Part shown: positions 25,601 to 33,816 of the stretch, in pieces
Numbering within the stretch: the first letter of the stretch is position 1
Layout: each line of letters starts with the position of its first letter
Source of the DNA: an uncultured virus (IMG/VR IMGVR_UViG_3300042503_001656)
Taxonomy: Duplodnaviria > Heunggongvirae > Uroviricota > Caudoviricetes
Virus record (IMG/VR): IMGVR_UViG_3300042503_001656
Location: 62,001 to 118,036 of that record
Reading direction: 5' to 3' (one strand)
DNA length: 56,036 nt
Position numbers and translations under genes: made by a program
The notes under the pieces: model-generated
Databases searched by the model: none
What the model was told of the DNA's origin: nothing
What the model saw: the letters and a program-made list of their open reading frames with translations, nothing else

Positions 25601-27722
25601 CAGGCGGGTAAGGTGCTCCACCCTGCCCTGTTCTTCCAACTTCTCCGGTACCCGGAGTTTTTGCAACAAAAGCTCCCGGATTCCAGTACCGTGTACCGTC
25701 TTTTTTGGTTACCCAGTTACCTCTACCGACAAGCTTTGCGTCAGGGTTAGGGTAATCCTTGCCCCAGGTAATTGGCCTTCCACCCGCATCAACTTCTCCG
25801 GTGCGTGTATCTCCAGGCCACCTACGTCCTCCATACAAGGGACTACCGTGCGGGTCATAAAGTGGTTTACCCCCTCTTCTTACGGTAACGGGGACGCCTG
25901 GTGGAATAGCTGGCGGTCTTTGTGGGCCGATAGGAACAGGTCCGGTGGGTATTGGTCTTGGTGGAGTCCCCGGTGGTGTTCCTGGTGGTGTTCCAGGTGG
26001 CGTTCCCGGTGGCCCGCCCGGTCCACTTGGTCCTACTGGTGGACCTCCAGGCCCTCCTGGTCTTCCACCATTAACAATAACGCTTCTAGCTGTTACGGTC
26101 ATCGTATTTACTGGTGCGCGCTCTCTGCCCAAAAAACCACCAGTATTGCCCTTCATCTGACGGCCCAATATCAAGAGAGCCATATACGCCATTGGCCCTC
26201 CGAGAATGCTGCTGAATTTAGAAAGCAAGCCGGTCATCATTCCAACAACCTCGGTAATACCTTTAATTACATCGCTCAAAAATGGAAGAGCATCAGAAAA
26301 TGCTTTAGTAAAAACATCCTGCAATTTAAATAGTTCTGTTATTAAAGAACCGAGGTTGTTGCCTATTTCTACAAATGTTTCTTTGTTACTGATGGCTCCT
26401 TCATTAAAATCTTTGAAAGAATCCAAAAATCCAGATTTCAATGCTGAAAGAATTGGTTTGAATATTCCTTCTACGGCCCTTGCGCCTTCAATAAAAGGCC
26501 TAAGCTCTTCTCTGGAATTTTTAAACCATCTAGAAAACTTCTCCCATCCGCCAGCCATGTTTTTGAAAAATCCATCAGTCTTTGGAAGCCACTCGCGAAT
26601 AAGCTTTACAAAGAAGTTTGACATTTTTTCGACTCCGCTTACTATTCCGTCGAAAAAAGAATCATTTCCAAAATCAGAAAGCGCCCCACTTACGCGAACA
26701 AGGTCTGTTCTAATAATCCTAAAAATCTTTTGCATTGCAACTTTGGCTGGCTCAAGAAACTGTTGACCAAAGTCTCCGAACTCAATTTTTAAAAGATTAA
26801 AAAATGATTTTGCCTGTCCAATGAGTGTCGAGTTAACAGCTTCAAATTGACCAGCAACTCCACCAGCCTTGGCGAGTTCGCCAGACATGATAAGTTCCTT
26901 CATCTGCTTCTTGCTGGTTACTTTTGCATCTTTGAGCGCTTTTTCCATTTGTGGACCAAGCGCTTTTGCGGCTTGTTTAACGCTAGCCATGCTTGTCTTA
27001 GAGTTATTGAGAGCCTCAATAAGAGCCCCAACTTTGTCAGCCGCCGCTGCTGGGTCTTGACCCGCTGCTCCAAAGTCCATGAGGTTCTTAATCATGGCTC
27101 CACTTTGTGCAATTTGCGAGGACTTCATCGACTTAGCCATTGATGCGTAAGCTTTGTTAAGTGCATCAACACCAAGACCTGCCAGCTGAGCATCGGCTTG
27201 AAGGGTTCGCATTGCAACACGAACCTGGTTTGTTCCTGTTATGTATTCCCCTGCTCCACCTGCCGTGTACGCATGCATTGCGGCTTGTTGTTCGCGAATA
27301 GCGGCAGTGGCAACTCCAATTGCAATCGCTGCGCTTGCGGCCGCACCGGCCATGGCTGTCATGCCCCAGGAATAGGCTTTGTGCAACCACTTTCCTGCAA
27401 TAAATAGAGCATGAATTCCCATTAAAGCAGCAGAAAATAAACCAAACTGAAGAAGCGTTGATTTAAGAGCAAGACCCAGGACTTTAGTTAGTCCTGTGCC
27501 CATCATTTTTATGCCCTTGTCTACAGAGTCGAACACTTTGCGTGTTGCCACGCTGGTGGTTACCAAGCTTTTTGATACAGTTGCTACCGACCTAGCACCA
27601 CTGCTTAGCTTTTTTCCTTGCCTATCAAGCCTGTCGATGGCTTTGCTGAGAGTCCTGACTTCAAGAGCACCCTGAAGGGCACCCTTTACCTCAATATTGA
27701 CTGTTGCTTCAGCCCTGGACAC
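22611..27722 (-). CDS. Tape measure protein, 1703 aa, with Pro/Gly-rich insert and C-terminal M15-like peptidase domain
   Basis: Long Ala/Gly-rich helical protein with hydrophobic glycine-zipper stretches, downstream of the tail chaperone; C-terminal ITSSYR...SDHVTGRAID...RHLH. Confidence 0.88.
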   Translation of the reverse strand: MSRAEATVNIEVKGALQGALEVRTLSKAIDRLDRQGKKLSSGARSVATVSKSLVTTSVATRKVFDSVDKGIKMMGTGLTKVLGLALKSTLLQFGLFSAALMGIHALFIAGKWLHKAYSWGMTAMAGAAASAAIAIGVATAAIREQQAAMHAYTAGGAGEYITGTNQVRVAMRTLQADAQLAGLGVDALNKAYASMAKSMKSSQIAQSGAMIKNLMDFGAAGQDPAAAADKVGALIEALNNSKTSMASVKQAAKALGPQMEKALKDAKVTSKKQMKELIMSGELAKAGGVAGQFEAVNSTLIGQAKSFFNLLKIEFGDFGQQFLEPAKVAMQKIFRIIRTDLVRVSGALSDFGNDSFFDGIVSGVEKMSNFFVKLIREWLPKTDGFFKNMAGGWEKFSRWFKNSREELRPFIEGARAVEGIFKPILSALKSGFLDSFKDFNEGAISNKETFVEIGNNLGSLITELFKLQDVFTKAFSDALPFLSDVIKGITEVVGMMTGLLSKFSSILGGPMAYMALLILGRQMKGNTGGFLGRERAPVNTMTVTARSVIVNGGRPGGPGGPPVGPSGPGGPPGTPPGTPPGTPPGTPPRPIPTGPVPIGPQRPPAIPPGVPVTVRRGGKPLYDPHGSPLYGGRRWPGDTRTGEVDAGGRPITWGKDYPNPDAKLVGRGNWVTKKDGTRYWNPGAFVAKTPGTGEVGRTGQGGAPYPPAPTAGSSTRPIMMVQRGYQFIDSTPAGPSSPIDAARFSSGATGGGAGGGGGMPGPGGPGTAPPGAGGPGTQGAYSRRGFLGRIFDGSRQQAQGNTGVGQDLFRGKITGRRFATLDESTGEVLNLSRKIDPVTGQRIATVGARYDAQTGFVDTKGQTFRNKIKYAGLTSRSRRNSALGSAILGNDEKGISGVNRSMGAKMGVGLGMGVASQYMAPEAQGAMAMGAMVGQFNPLAGLAVGLGGAALNSRTAAGGAMTGAGAGAAIGTMIAPGIGTAVGAALGAITGAVAGFAGGMRQRAKESKEAMGSFLDGIATRQIMNAKDKVLRQEADAAAGVDMTGRTGAYEGIAGETAAAYGNLSKALKERGFSGDYGKSTWEQTKGGMGTGAAIGGGLGVATGAIAGSVGGPIGSLVTAATFGSIGAVLGGVVGGITGLTKGLFGRGERKKKQEKDYKILKEISEDPAFKGIITPEEMAAISKDKGAGLTKLSKELPERLKAADTISKQQGARMELLKDMSGKSGAEIEVLAKKMGVDLYDATLKTSDIVEKLGLTMVKTAKEMKEANIDVSLSAIATGFDEIIKRVQAPEIYDERGTALGDTIRGGGDTLSVLNALRAFQESSIGMTDNPITDFYAQQRQIGTLANPGDLFKPGGAFADINPADFFTPEVTEALTKTSTETEKGLISNASAQVQGMLGGMGRYGNTTKMNEAISKMSAENRERFLSDVESGIFQITDPFANMTDAEAKKLYTSKGAKSKAHYQGMLLNQQFANYGVTNAGLIVRAQDTDQTNAVAKEMKTASTTFKEAVEKFSRDMSTAFGPEAAKPEWWSKEAMKEIMQTDTTTPRGGVVGDTTSSRLSQTMDRHKAINSSIPGKRSITSSYRTYGLGSLNSDHVTGRAIDLVGQNLGSYAVATRNAGGFAEFHGSGAGRHLHAVPGPGALGDTLTPASNQMGVATQATVTSGGNSFTFHINGGQNNPEEIANMVMAKIKTTEQRIRERI

Positions 27723-27790
27723 GGTTAGACCTCACACGCTATCTGACGATTTTTTTTAGAAATCGCGTGAGTGTAGGAAGGGAACCTAGC

Positions 27791-27991
27791 TCATTGCCTA
27801 GATTTGCGTTCCTGCTCTTCGCGGTCGTTACTTATTACTTTAGCACAAGCAAGCCTTATGAGCCATTCAGTTTCTGTTGAATCCAGAAGCCTAATGGGGT
27901 CGGTTCCGAACAGTTCACCTAGTCTGGCCGCAGATATGACCAGAGGGTCTTCAACTAGTTCGTCGAAGACCCCTTCGTAGGGTCCTCTACG
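27791..27991 (-). CDS. Tail assembly chaperone frameshift extension (gpT-like, -1 frame)
   Basis: The -1 frame is open from 27991 to TGA 27793-27791, overlaps the last ~11 codons of the chaperone and has no in-frame ATG/GTG/TTG: ...FDELVEDPLVISAARLGELFGTDPIRLLDSTETEWLIRLACAKVISNDREEQERKSRQ. Confidence 0.7.
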   Translation of the reverse strand, partial: RRGPYEGVFDELVEDPLVISAARLGELFGTDPIRLLDSTETEWLIRLACAKVISNDREEQERKSRQ

Positions 27992-28494
27992 TCAACCGAG
28001 TCTGAATATCCTGCGGCGTCAAGGATTGAGAGAGCTGCTGCCTCGATGTGCGGGTCAACACCGAAAAACTCTTTAACGCAGTCTGGGAGTGGACGGGTTG
28101 TCCCTGTCATCTCCAAAATAACTGCTGAAGCAAAAGTTAATTCGTGTCCAGCATCATCAAACACTTCTTCGTCATCGAAAAGTATTCCGATAGTCGTGTG
28201 GCCGATAACTGAACAAGCAAAACGTGTTCCGTCCATGCCGTTACGAGTATCTTCACCAGCTTGCTTACGCCAGTTCTTCATCTGGTTCTGTGTAATGTTC
28301 GGGCTAATCTTGATTTTTACACCAGGACGCTCAGGAACAGGAATAAGAACAACAGGGCGTTCAACTTTGCGCTTAACAACGCCGGTCAGCTTTTGAAGTG
28401 GTGTTTCCTCTACGGAAGCAGCAGCTTTAGCCTGTCTGGCTTTCGGAGAAGAATCTTCTGTGGATGTTGTGTAGAGTTCAGAGTTTTCTGTCAT
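27955..28494 (-). CDS. Tail assembly chaperone (gpG-like)
   Basis: Lies between tail tube and tape measure; ends ...VEDPTKGSSTN and overlaps a -1-frame ORF. Confidence 0.75.
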   Translation of the reverse strand: MTENSELYTTSTEDSSPKARQAKAAASVEETPLQKLTGVVKRKVERPVVLIPVPERPGVKIKISPNITQNQMKNWRKQAGEDTRNGMDGTRFACSVIGHTTIGILFDDEEVFDDAGHELTFASAVILEMTGTTRPLPDCVKEFFGVDPHIEAAALSILDAAGYSDSVDVEDPTKGSSTN

Positions 28495-28501
28495 GAGAGA
28501 A

Positions 28502-28510
28502 AACCTAGCA
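28502..28510 (-). promoter_or_regulatory. Extended -10 (TGcTAGGTT) 7 nt before ATG 28494; probable leaderless promoter
   Basis: Minus strand TGC-TAGGTT-TTCTCTC-ATG. Confidence 0.5.
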
Positions 28511-28551
28511 CATCATTTATGCTAGCGATGGAACTCAGTAAAGAAGATTTA

Positions 28552-29031
28552 TCAGCCAGCTGCGCCAGCGCCGGACTCAACGTCCGAGATGGCAAATGTT
28601 AGCGAGAAAGTTGCAGGTGCGCCCGAAGATGAGTCACCGTCTGGCTCGGTAATGCCAACCAGAAGGGCCTTGTAATAAACTCGGTCTGTGCCTGGAACCT
28701 TAAGGTCGCAGTCAGTCGTTTCGATGGTTATGTCATAAGAAGCGCGACCAACCAATGGACGAAGTGTTGCAATCTTTTCTGCAATTCCGGTAGGGCCGTC
28801 TGCTGCAATTCTGTCGTCATCATAATGAGCGGTTAGGGTGATGTCGCCGACCTCAGATGGAGCGCAAAGAACTGTCGGGCGGAGCTTGCCACCTTCGTAG
28901 ATTTTTTCTACAGATGCGGTTATTTCTCCACCAGAAACTTGGGCGAAATAGAAACCGGTCCATTTCGGGTGCTTTGTTGGCTCTACTGGATTAATAGAGG
29001 CGAGTACTTGGCGTTGAGATACCTTTGGCAT
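28552..29031 (-). CDS. Tail tube protein (T4 gp19-like)
   Basis: 159 aa directly after sheath; FAQVSGGEITASVEKIYEGG...GDITLT motif. Confidence 0.8.
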   Translation of the reverse strand: MPKVSQRQVLASINPVEPTKHPKWTGFYFAQVSGGEITASVEKIYEGGKLRPTVLCAPSEVGDITLTAHYDDDRIAADGPTGIAEKIATLRPLVGRASYDITIETTDCDLKVPGTDRVYYKALLVGITEPDGDSSSGAPATFSLTFAISDVESGAGAAG

Positions 29032-29045
29032 GTTTATATCCTTCT

Positions 29046-30578
29046 TTAGACGACGCTGGAGGTCAGATTCGACTTAATGATGTCAACCTCAATCTTGTCA
29101 CCGACGCTGCTGGTTCGAACACCAACTTTTGCCTTGACAGTACCGCCAGCAAGCTGGGTTACCGGATTGAGAGCTGAGTCGCATCGTACGGTGTAGCCAT
29201 TGTCAACCTTCTTGCCATTGGCATCAAATGCCTGGAAGAGAGCGCCCTGCTCACGGAGTGGAGCAAGGATGGCTATCAGTCTCGATGTGATTGCAGAGAA
29301 AATAGTGTCTCTACCGTCGATTACACCGAACACAAGGTCTTCAAGTGACCTTTGTGACTCAACAACAATGTGGTTGATGATTTCTTGAGTTGTGATATAA
29401 CGGAAGTTTTCTGTATCGATAGAAAGCGAACGAGCACCGTAGATTCTGACAGAGTTTTGAATTATTCTAATTGCATTGATATTTTCAGAATCAAGAGAAT
29501 CACCAACGGTCTTGTTGATGTCCAATGCTGTTCCGGATACATATCGTGAGTTAGAAATCAAACCAGCTGCTGGAATATGTGCTCCACCCTGGTTGTGTGC
29601 CTGGGCACGCTTAGCAGCAACGTAACCATCTGGTGGGATGGTCTTGCTGAGGCCATTGGTTGATGTTGGAACGGTAACCCATGGGAAGTAGATAGCTGCA
29701 TGCTCAAGGCCCTCAAGGAGCTTGATGTCATCAGCCTTAGAAATTGCATTGGCAGCCGTGTCAGCAACGCCACAGTGCAAGATTGCTATTCTGTTGTTTG
29801 CATTTGCGTGCGCAATAAGAGCAGCAGAAACTTCAAAGTCTGATTTGAGTGTTCCGTCGTAGTCTGTTGCTGGGCCTCCCGATGAGGCGAGGGTTGCTGT
29901 TTCTCCGTCTGGAATTGCAACAGCTCCTGCACCAAGAGAGTCATTGAAGGCTTCAAGACCAGCAATCAAAACAGCATCGTCAACACCAGCAAGGTCATCG
30001 GAGCCTGTTGAAAGAGCTGTTAATGAAATTGCTGCCGGTATCTGGCTTACGCCAACTGCTCCTGCATCTGGGCCCAGTTCAGCAACTACATAACGTGAAG
30101 CGACACTGCTTGAGTTGATTCGCCCAACAGCCTGTGCAAGAGATGTAACAACACCAGTGTTATATACAGGGTTGCCATCATATTCAATAATTACAGCGAA
30201 TGCTGAACCTGGATTGGTAACAGTCACGCCAACTTCCGCGCTCCAGTTTCCAGGACCAGTTGCTTTAAGGATAAGCAAAGAGTCTTCGTCTTCGTTTTCA
30301 AGAACAAGCTCTCCTACTGCGGCGTCTTCGCCAGCAACCCTGGAAACATAGACCTGGGTGCCACCCTCTTCAAAGAACGTCTCTACCGTTGGGTGAAGGT
30401 ATGACCAGGCTACATAGCCGCCAAAAATGTTTTCAAATTCTGTGAGGCTCTGAACAAGAACTGCTTCACCTACTGGTCCGCGTTCTGCTAGTCCGACAAC
30501 AAAAAGCTGCGAAGATTCGCGCACTGTCGCGGAAGATGGGCCTGTTCTGACTGCTGTGGAGATAACTACGCCTGGCAT
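29046..30578 (-). CDS. Tail sheath protein
   Basis: MPGVVI...FVVGLAERGP...FFEEGGTQVYVSRV; AAIYFPW...PPDGYVAA...INAIR...IYGARSL...FRYI. Confidence 0.92.
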   Translation of the reverse strand: MPGVVISTAVRTGPSSATVRESSQLFVVGLAERGPVGEAVLVQSLTEFENIFGGYVAWSYLHPTVETFFEEGGTQVYVSRVAGEDAAVGELVLENEDEDSLLILKATGPGNWSAEVGVTVTNPGSAFAVIIEYDGNPVYNTGVVTSLAQAVGRINSSSVASRYVVAELGPDAGAVGVSQIPAAISLTALSTGSDDLAGVDDAVLIAGLEAFNDSLGAGAVAIPDGETATLASSGGPATDYDGTLKSDFEVSAALIAHANANNRIAILHCGVADTAANAISKADDIKLLEGLEHAAIYFPWVTVPTSTNGLSKTIPPDGYVAAKRAQAHNQGGAHIPAAGLISNSRYVSGTALDINKTVGDSLDSENINAIRIIQNSVRIYGARSLSIDTENFRYITTQEIINHIVVESQRSLEDLVFGVIDGRDTIFSAITSRLIAILAPLREQGALFQAFDANGKKVDNGYTVRCDSALNPVTQLAGGTVKAKVGVRTSSVGDKIEVDIIKSNLTSSVV

Positions 30579-30704
30579 AAGACCTTCCTATTGGTTATGT
30601 TGAGTGACAATGCCGCCAACGATTTATATTGTACAGATGATTTGTTGTTGATTATTGCAACTGTTACAAAAGAATGCTGTACAAATAGAATACGGCAAAA
30701 AGGT

Positions 30705-31325
30705 CTACAAAACAGGAAGTGTTGACGCCGAATTGCCGGTTCCATCTATTTCTAGTTCAATGTTTGACACTGTTCCGATTGGCTTGCGTGAAACGACTTC
30801 ATCTATCTCCATGTTGTAGCCAATGTAGGCTCCAGCCATGATTCTGTCGCCTTTTAGTAGTGTTAAATCCGAGAACTCTTCACGTATTGAGCCTTCGTCA
30901 ATCATCGCTTTAAAAGAGTTTCTTTCGTCATAAGCTTTTAGACACGGATAGTCAAGGAGCGCTGAGCGCAAAACCGTCGTAAGCCTGTCTCTCATTATCG
31001 TGCACTCTTCAGAACCTTCTGTTCTGACCCAAACGTATGTACGCATTGAATAAGAAACGCGGTAAAGAGGGTCTCGTCCATCAAAGCCAATCCTGTTAAA
31101 TGCCGTCGAAGATATTACGACGGTTATAACGAGCGGCCATGTATCGATGGCAAACGGCTCGTATGTTGTAAAACCCTCAGGAGTGGGGAGGGTTATGTCA
31201 TCAACATTCCATCCGTTGCGATAGTCAATAATTCTGACAGGAATGTCGTTTGACAGGTAGTCCGTAACATACTGTTTGGCGAACTGAGCGCCGTGCATTA
31301 ATGGATATCCGGGTGGCGTTGTCAT
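30705..31325 (-). CDS. Putative tail terminator/completion protein
   Basis: Position between virion morphogenesis gene and sheath; 206 aa. Confidence 0.5.
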   Translation of the reverse strand: MTTPPGYPLMHGAQFAKQYVTDYLSNDIPVRIIDYRNGWNVDDITLPTPEGFTTYEPFAIDTWPLVITVVISSTAFNRIGFDGRDPLYRVSYSMRTYVWVRTEGSEECTIMRDRLTTVLRSALLDYPCLKAYDERNSFKAMIDEGSIREEFSDLTLLKGDRIMAGAYIGYNMEIDEVVSRKPIGTVSNIELEIDGTGNSASTLPVL

Positions 31326-31804
31326 TATGCCGTAAGCCCTTCATTTCCTTCAACAATGTAATTGGCAAGTTTTTCAGCAAATTCATCAGCAAACGACTGA
31401 GGTATAAAGAGTATTTGTCTTTTAGGCATTTTTGATGTCCCATACTGATGAAATCCTGCGTATTTAACGCCAGTTCCAAAAGTAGCACTTAACCTATTTA
31501 TTTCATTGACAGAAGGGTCGGAGAGTTCTGAGATGCTCCTAAATAGTTCCCCGCTACGAACAAGTGTTGGCCTTCCGGGGAGGTCTCTTGCTTTCCATGC
31601 CGCATATTCGGCATCAAGTGGTGACCATCCACCAACGGCAAGACCTTGAGATGTAAAGTTTTCTGCGAATGTTTTCTTTAATACCTGTTGAGCCCACCTA
31701 AAAACAGGCCGAGCATCAATACATCTTTCGTTCACATCGTCGATAAGGTTTTGGACTTTTTCAACCCTTACCTCAACATCAATCCTTACTGGAGCCTTTG
31801 CCAT
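31325..31804 (-). CDS. Phage virion morphogenesis (Mu gpG/P2 gpS-like) neck protein
   Basis: WSPL...TLVRSGELFRSI...FGTGVKYAGFHQYGTSKMPKRQIL. Confidence 0.8.
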   Translation of the reverse strand: MAKAPVRIDVEVRVEKVQNLIDDVNERCIDARPVFRWAQQVLKKTFAENFTSQGLAVGGWSPLDAEYAAWKARDLPGRPTLVRSGELFRSISELSDPSVNEINRLSATFGTGVKYAGFHQYGTSKMPKRQILFIPQSFADEFAEKLANYIVEGNEGLTA

Positions 31805-31805
31805 T

Positions 31806-32453
31806 TTAAGACACTCTGCTTCGTCTGTACTTCCTTAAAGACATCAGTTCAGTGTCTAGAAATCCAGTAACAAGAGGACCGACGTTTCTTGTGGTCAAGT
31901 CTTTTAGGCCAACAACATCGTCGTGCATGTTTTGCATTTCTCTTGACGCTGCCCTAAGTATCAAAAGCTTAAACATAGGAATATTTGTTCCGTCAAGTCC
32001 TGCCGTGTATGTGACGGTGACGACGTCTCCATCTAGGGCGTAGAAATAGTCAATACCAAACCTGCGAACAACATAGTCATGCTCAACGACCAAAGTTCTT
32101 GGTTCGCCGTAGAGCGGTTTAACCACTACTTCAGATACCTCTACAACTGGAGAGTTTCGTAAATAGATTGTGCTGGGTGGGGTTGCCCATGTTGTGCTGT
32201 CGACCATGTTTGACTGAACAAAAGAGTCCGTGTAGCTATGGGGAGGAGCGCTCAAGAATGTACCCATAGGTACTCCGTGATATGTTCCCTCGACAGTGTG
32301 GTCTTCTTCAAATTCTTCTACTTCAACTGGTCGACGGAGGTATGCCTCCATCTCGGACTGAAGTCCTGCAAGAATCATTTCTGCAGCATCCTGCTGGCGA
32401 AGCGTGAACTTCACGTCCATATAGTTAACAAGGTCTGCTTGTGTGACTAGCAT
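31806..32453 (-). CDS. Head-tail adaptor/connector protein
   Basis: MLVTQADLVNYM...EMEAYLRRP...PVVEVSEV...VTVTYTAG...LRKYRR pattern. Confidence 0.7.
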   Translation of the reverse strand: MLVTQADLVNYMDVKFTLRQQDAAEMILAGLQSEMEAYLRRPVEVEEFEEDHTVEGTYHGVPMGTFLSAPPHSYTDSFVQSNMVDSTTWATPPSTIYLRNSPVVEVSEVVVKPLYGEPRTLVVEHDYVVRRFGIDYFYALDGDVVTVTYTAGLDGTNIPMFKLLILRAASREMQNMHDDVVGLKDLTTRNVGPLVTGFLDTELMSLRKYRRSRVS

Positions 32454-32493
32454 GTGTTACCTCCGTAAGGATGACAGGTCGACTATTTTCGAC

Positions 32494-33180
32494 CTATCTC
32501 CTTTTCTGTGGTGCCTTCTTGGCTGGAGCCTTCTTAGCTGGAGCCTTCTTTGCTGGAGCCTTCTTTGCTGGAGCCTTCTTTGCTGCGGCTTTTTTAGCGG
32601 GGGCCTTCTTAGCTGCGGCCTTTTTGGCTGGAGCTGCCTTCTTGGCTGCAGGAGCCTTCTTGGCTGCTGGAGCTTTCTTGGCTCCAGAAACTTTTTTAGC
32701 TGTTTTTTTGGCTTTGGTTCTTGAAGCTTGCGCTGCAGTTCTTTGAGCCCTTATGCGACGCATCGTCTCATTAGCCTGAGCTTTTGTTGTTGCAGACCTG
32801 TATAGGTCTGAATGTTCAGTCTCTTTACGAGCCTGGAAGCCTTGTTTGCGACCAATCTGCTGACTGCGACGGCCAGGTGTGGCGGGGAGGCCGAGTGGTC
32901 CTTTGCCCTGGACTTTTGCGTATCTTTTGGCCCCAATAGCTTTTACTTCCTCGGGGGTCATGTACCCCTGCCTTCTGACAGACTCGCGTTGTAGCTTTCT
33001 GGCATTGGCTCTAGAACCAAAAACTTCTTTAATTGCCTTGTTTATAAGTTCTCTTTGCTTAAGAAGCTGCTCTCTTCTTCGACCAGTTGCAGTCGTAAGT
33101 TGATTTTTGATTCTACTTTCATCCAGCAACAAGGAGTCTGCGTCGTCAGTAATGTCTGGGCCATATCTTACTCTGGGCAT
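32494..33180 (-). CDS. Highly basic protein with histone-H1/HupB-like PAKK(A) repeat tail
   Basis: C-terminal AKKAPAAKKAPAAKKAAPAKKAAAKKAPAKK...; Arg/Lys-rich N-terminus; AAGGAG RBS. Confidence 0.8.
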   Translation of the reverse strand: MPRVRYGPDITDDADSLLLDESRIKNQLTTATGRRREQLLKQRELINKAIKEVFGSRANARKLQRESVRRQGYMTPEEVKAIGAKRYAKVQGKGPLGLPATPGRRSQQIGRKQGFQARKETEHSDLYRSATTKAQANETMRRIRAQRTAAQASRTKAKKTAKKVSGAKKAPAAKKAPAAKKAAPAKKAAAKKAPAKKAAAKKAPAKKAPAKKAPAKKAPAKKAPQKRR

Positions 33181-33214
33181 AATGAGCCAACTCCTTTAAG
33201 AAATACTTTAAAGA

Positions 33215-33223
33215 AGTTTACCA
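33215..33223 (-). promoter_or_regulatory. Extended -10 promoter (TGgTAAACT) for PAKK/neck/tail genes
   Basis: Minus-strand TGG-TAAACT in the intergenic gap upstream of 33180. Confidence 0.5.
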
Positions 33224-33261
33224 TATGGCGCCAAGCTATTGATAAATAGCCACGCCAATGC

Positions 33262-33816
33262 CTACCTGTCAGCGTTTGGTGGGGATTCTATTGTTGGCCC
33301 CTTGTCAACAGTTCCTGGAGGTGCCTCAACCGGAACCCATGCTCTTGAGTATGTGTATTCTTTGATATTTCTTGACTTCAATATCGTTCCGTCAATCATC
33401 AAAGAGTATTCATTTGGCTTCATGCACAATGTTCTTTCTAGGCTTTTTTCATTAGCCGCTCTAGCTCGAACAAGTTTTTTAATTATTGAGGACATGGGTT
33501 TGGCGACTACTGAACCTCTTCCTCTATTGAGACGAAGGTGCATCTCCATTGCTTCCATGGTGCCAATGTCATGTTTTATAACTGGAATTGTTCCACCAGT
33601 TATTTCCATTATTTGCTTTACATTGGTAGCCAGCAGGTACCGCTCAGAGCCGTCAATTATCTCTCCGCTTCTGGCAGATACGTGAATTGGTTGAATAAAA
33701 CCAAAATCAGCAAGAGACGCAGAAAGAACCAAAAGGTCTGGCCTCAATATGTAGGTTGCTCTCCATGATGGAACCACAAGCGTTGATGGGTCGACTTCTT
33801 CAATTTCATACTTCAT
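33262..33816 (-). CDS. ParB/Srx-fold protein (IbrB-like)
   Basis: SLADFGFIQPIHV...GEIIDGSERY...HLRLNRGRG...YSRAWVP; coupled to the PAPS-reductase-family gene. Confidence 0.75.
   Translation of the reverse strand: MKYEIEEVDPSTLVVPSWRATYILRPDLLVLSASLADFGFIQPIHVSARSGEIIDGSERYLLATNVKQIMEITGGTIPVIKHDIGTMEAMEMHLRLNRGRGSVVAKPMSSIIKKLVRARAANEKSLERTLCMKPNEYSLMIDGTILKSRNIKEYTYSRAWVPVEAPPGTVDKGPTIESPPNADR

Noticed and set aside
25389..26766. 314-aa and 186-aa + strand ORFs
   Set aside because: Antisense to the tape measure gene, partly over its GC-rich low-complexity insert; no recognisable protein features.
32443..32746. Hydrophobic + strand ORFs (AFLAGAFF repeats) that look like membrane proteins
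   Set aside because: Reverse complement of the PAKK repeat.
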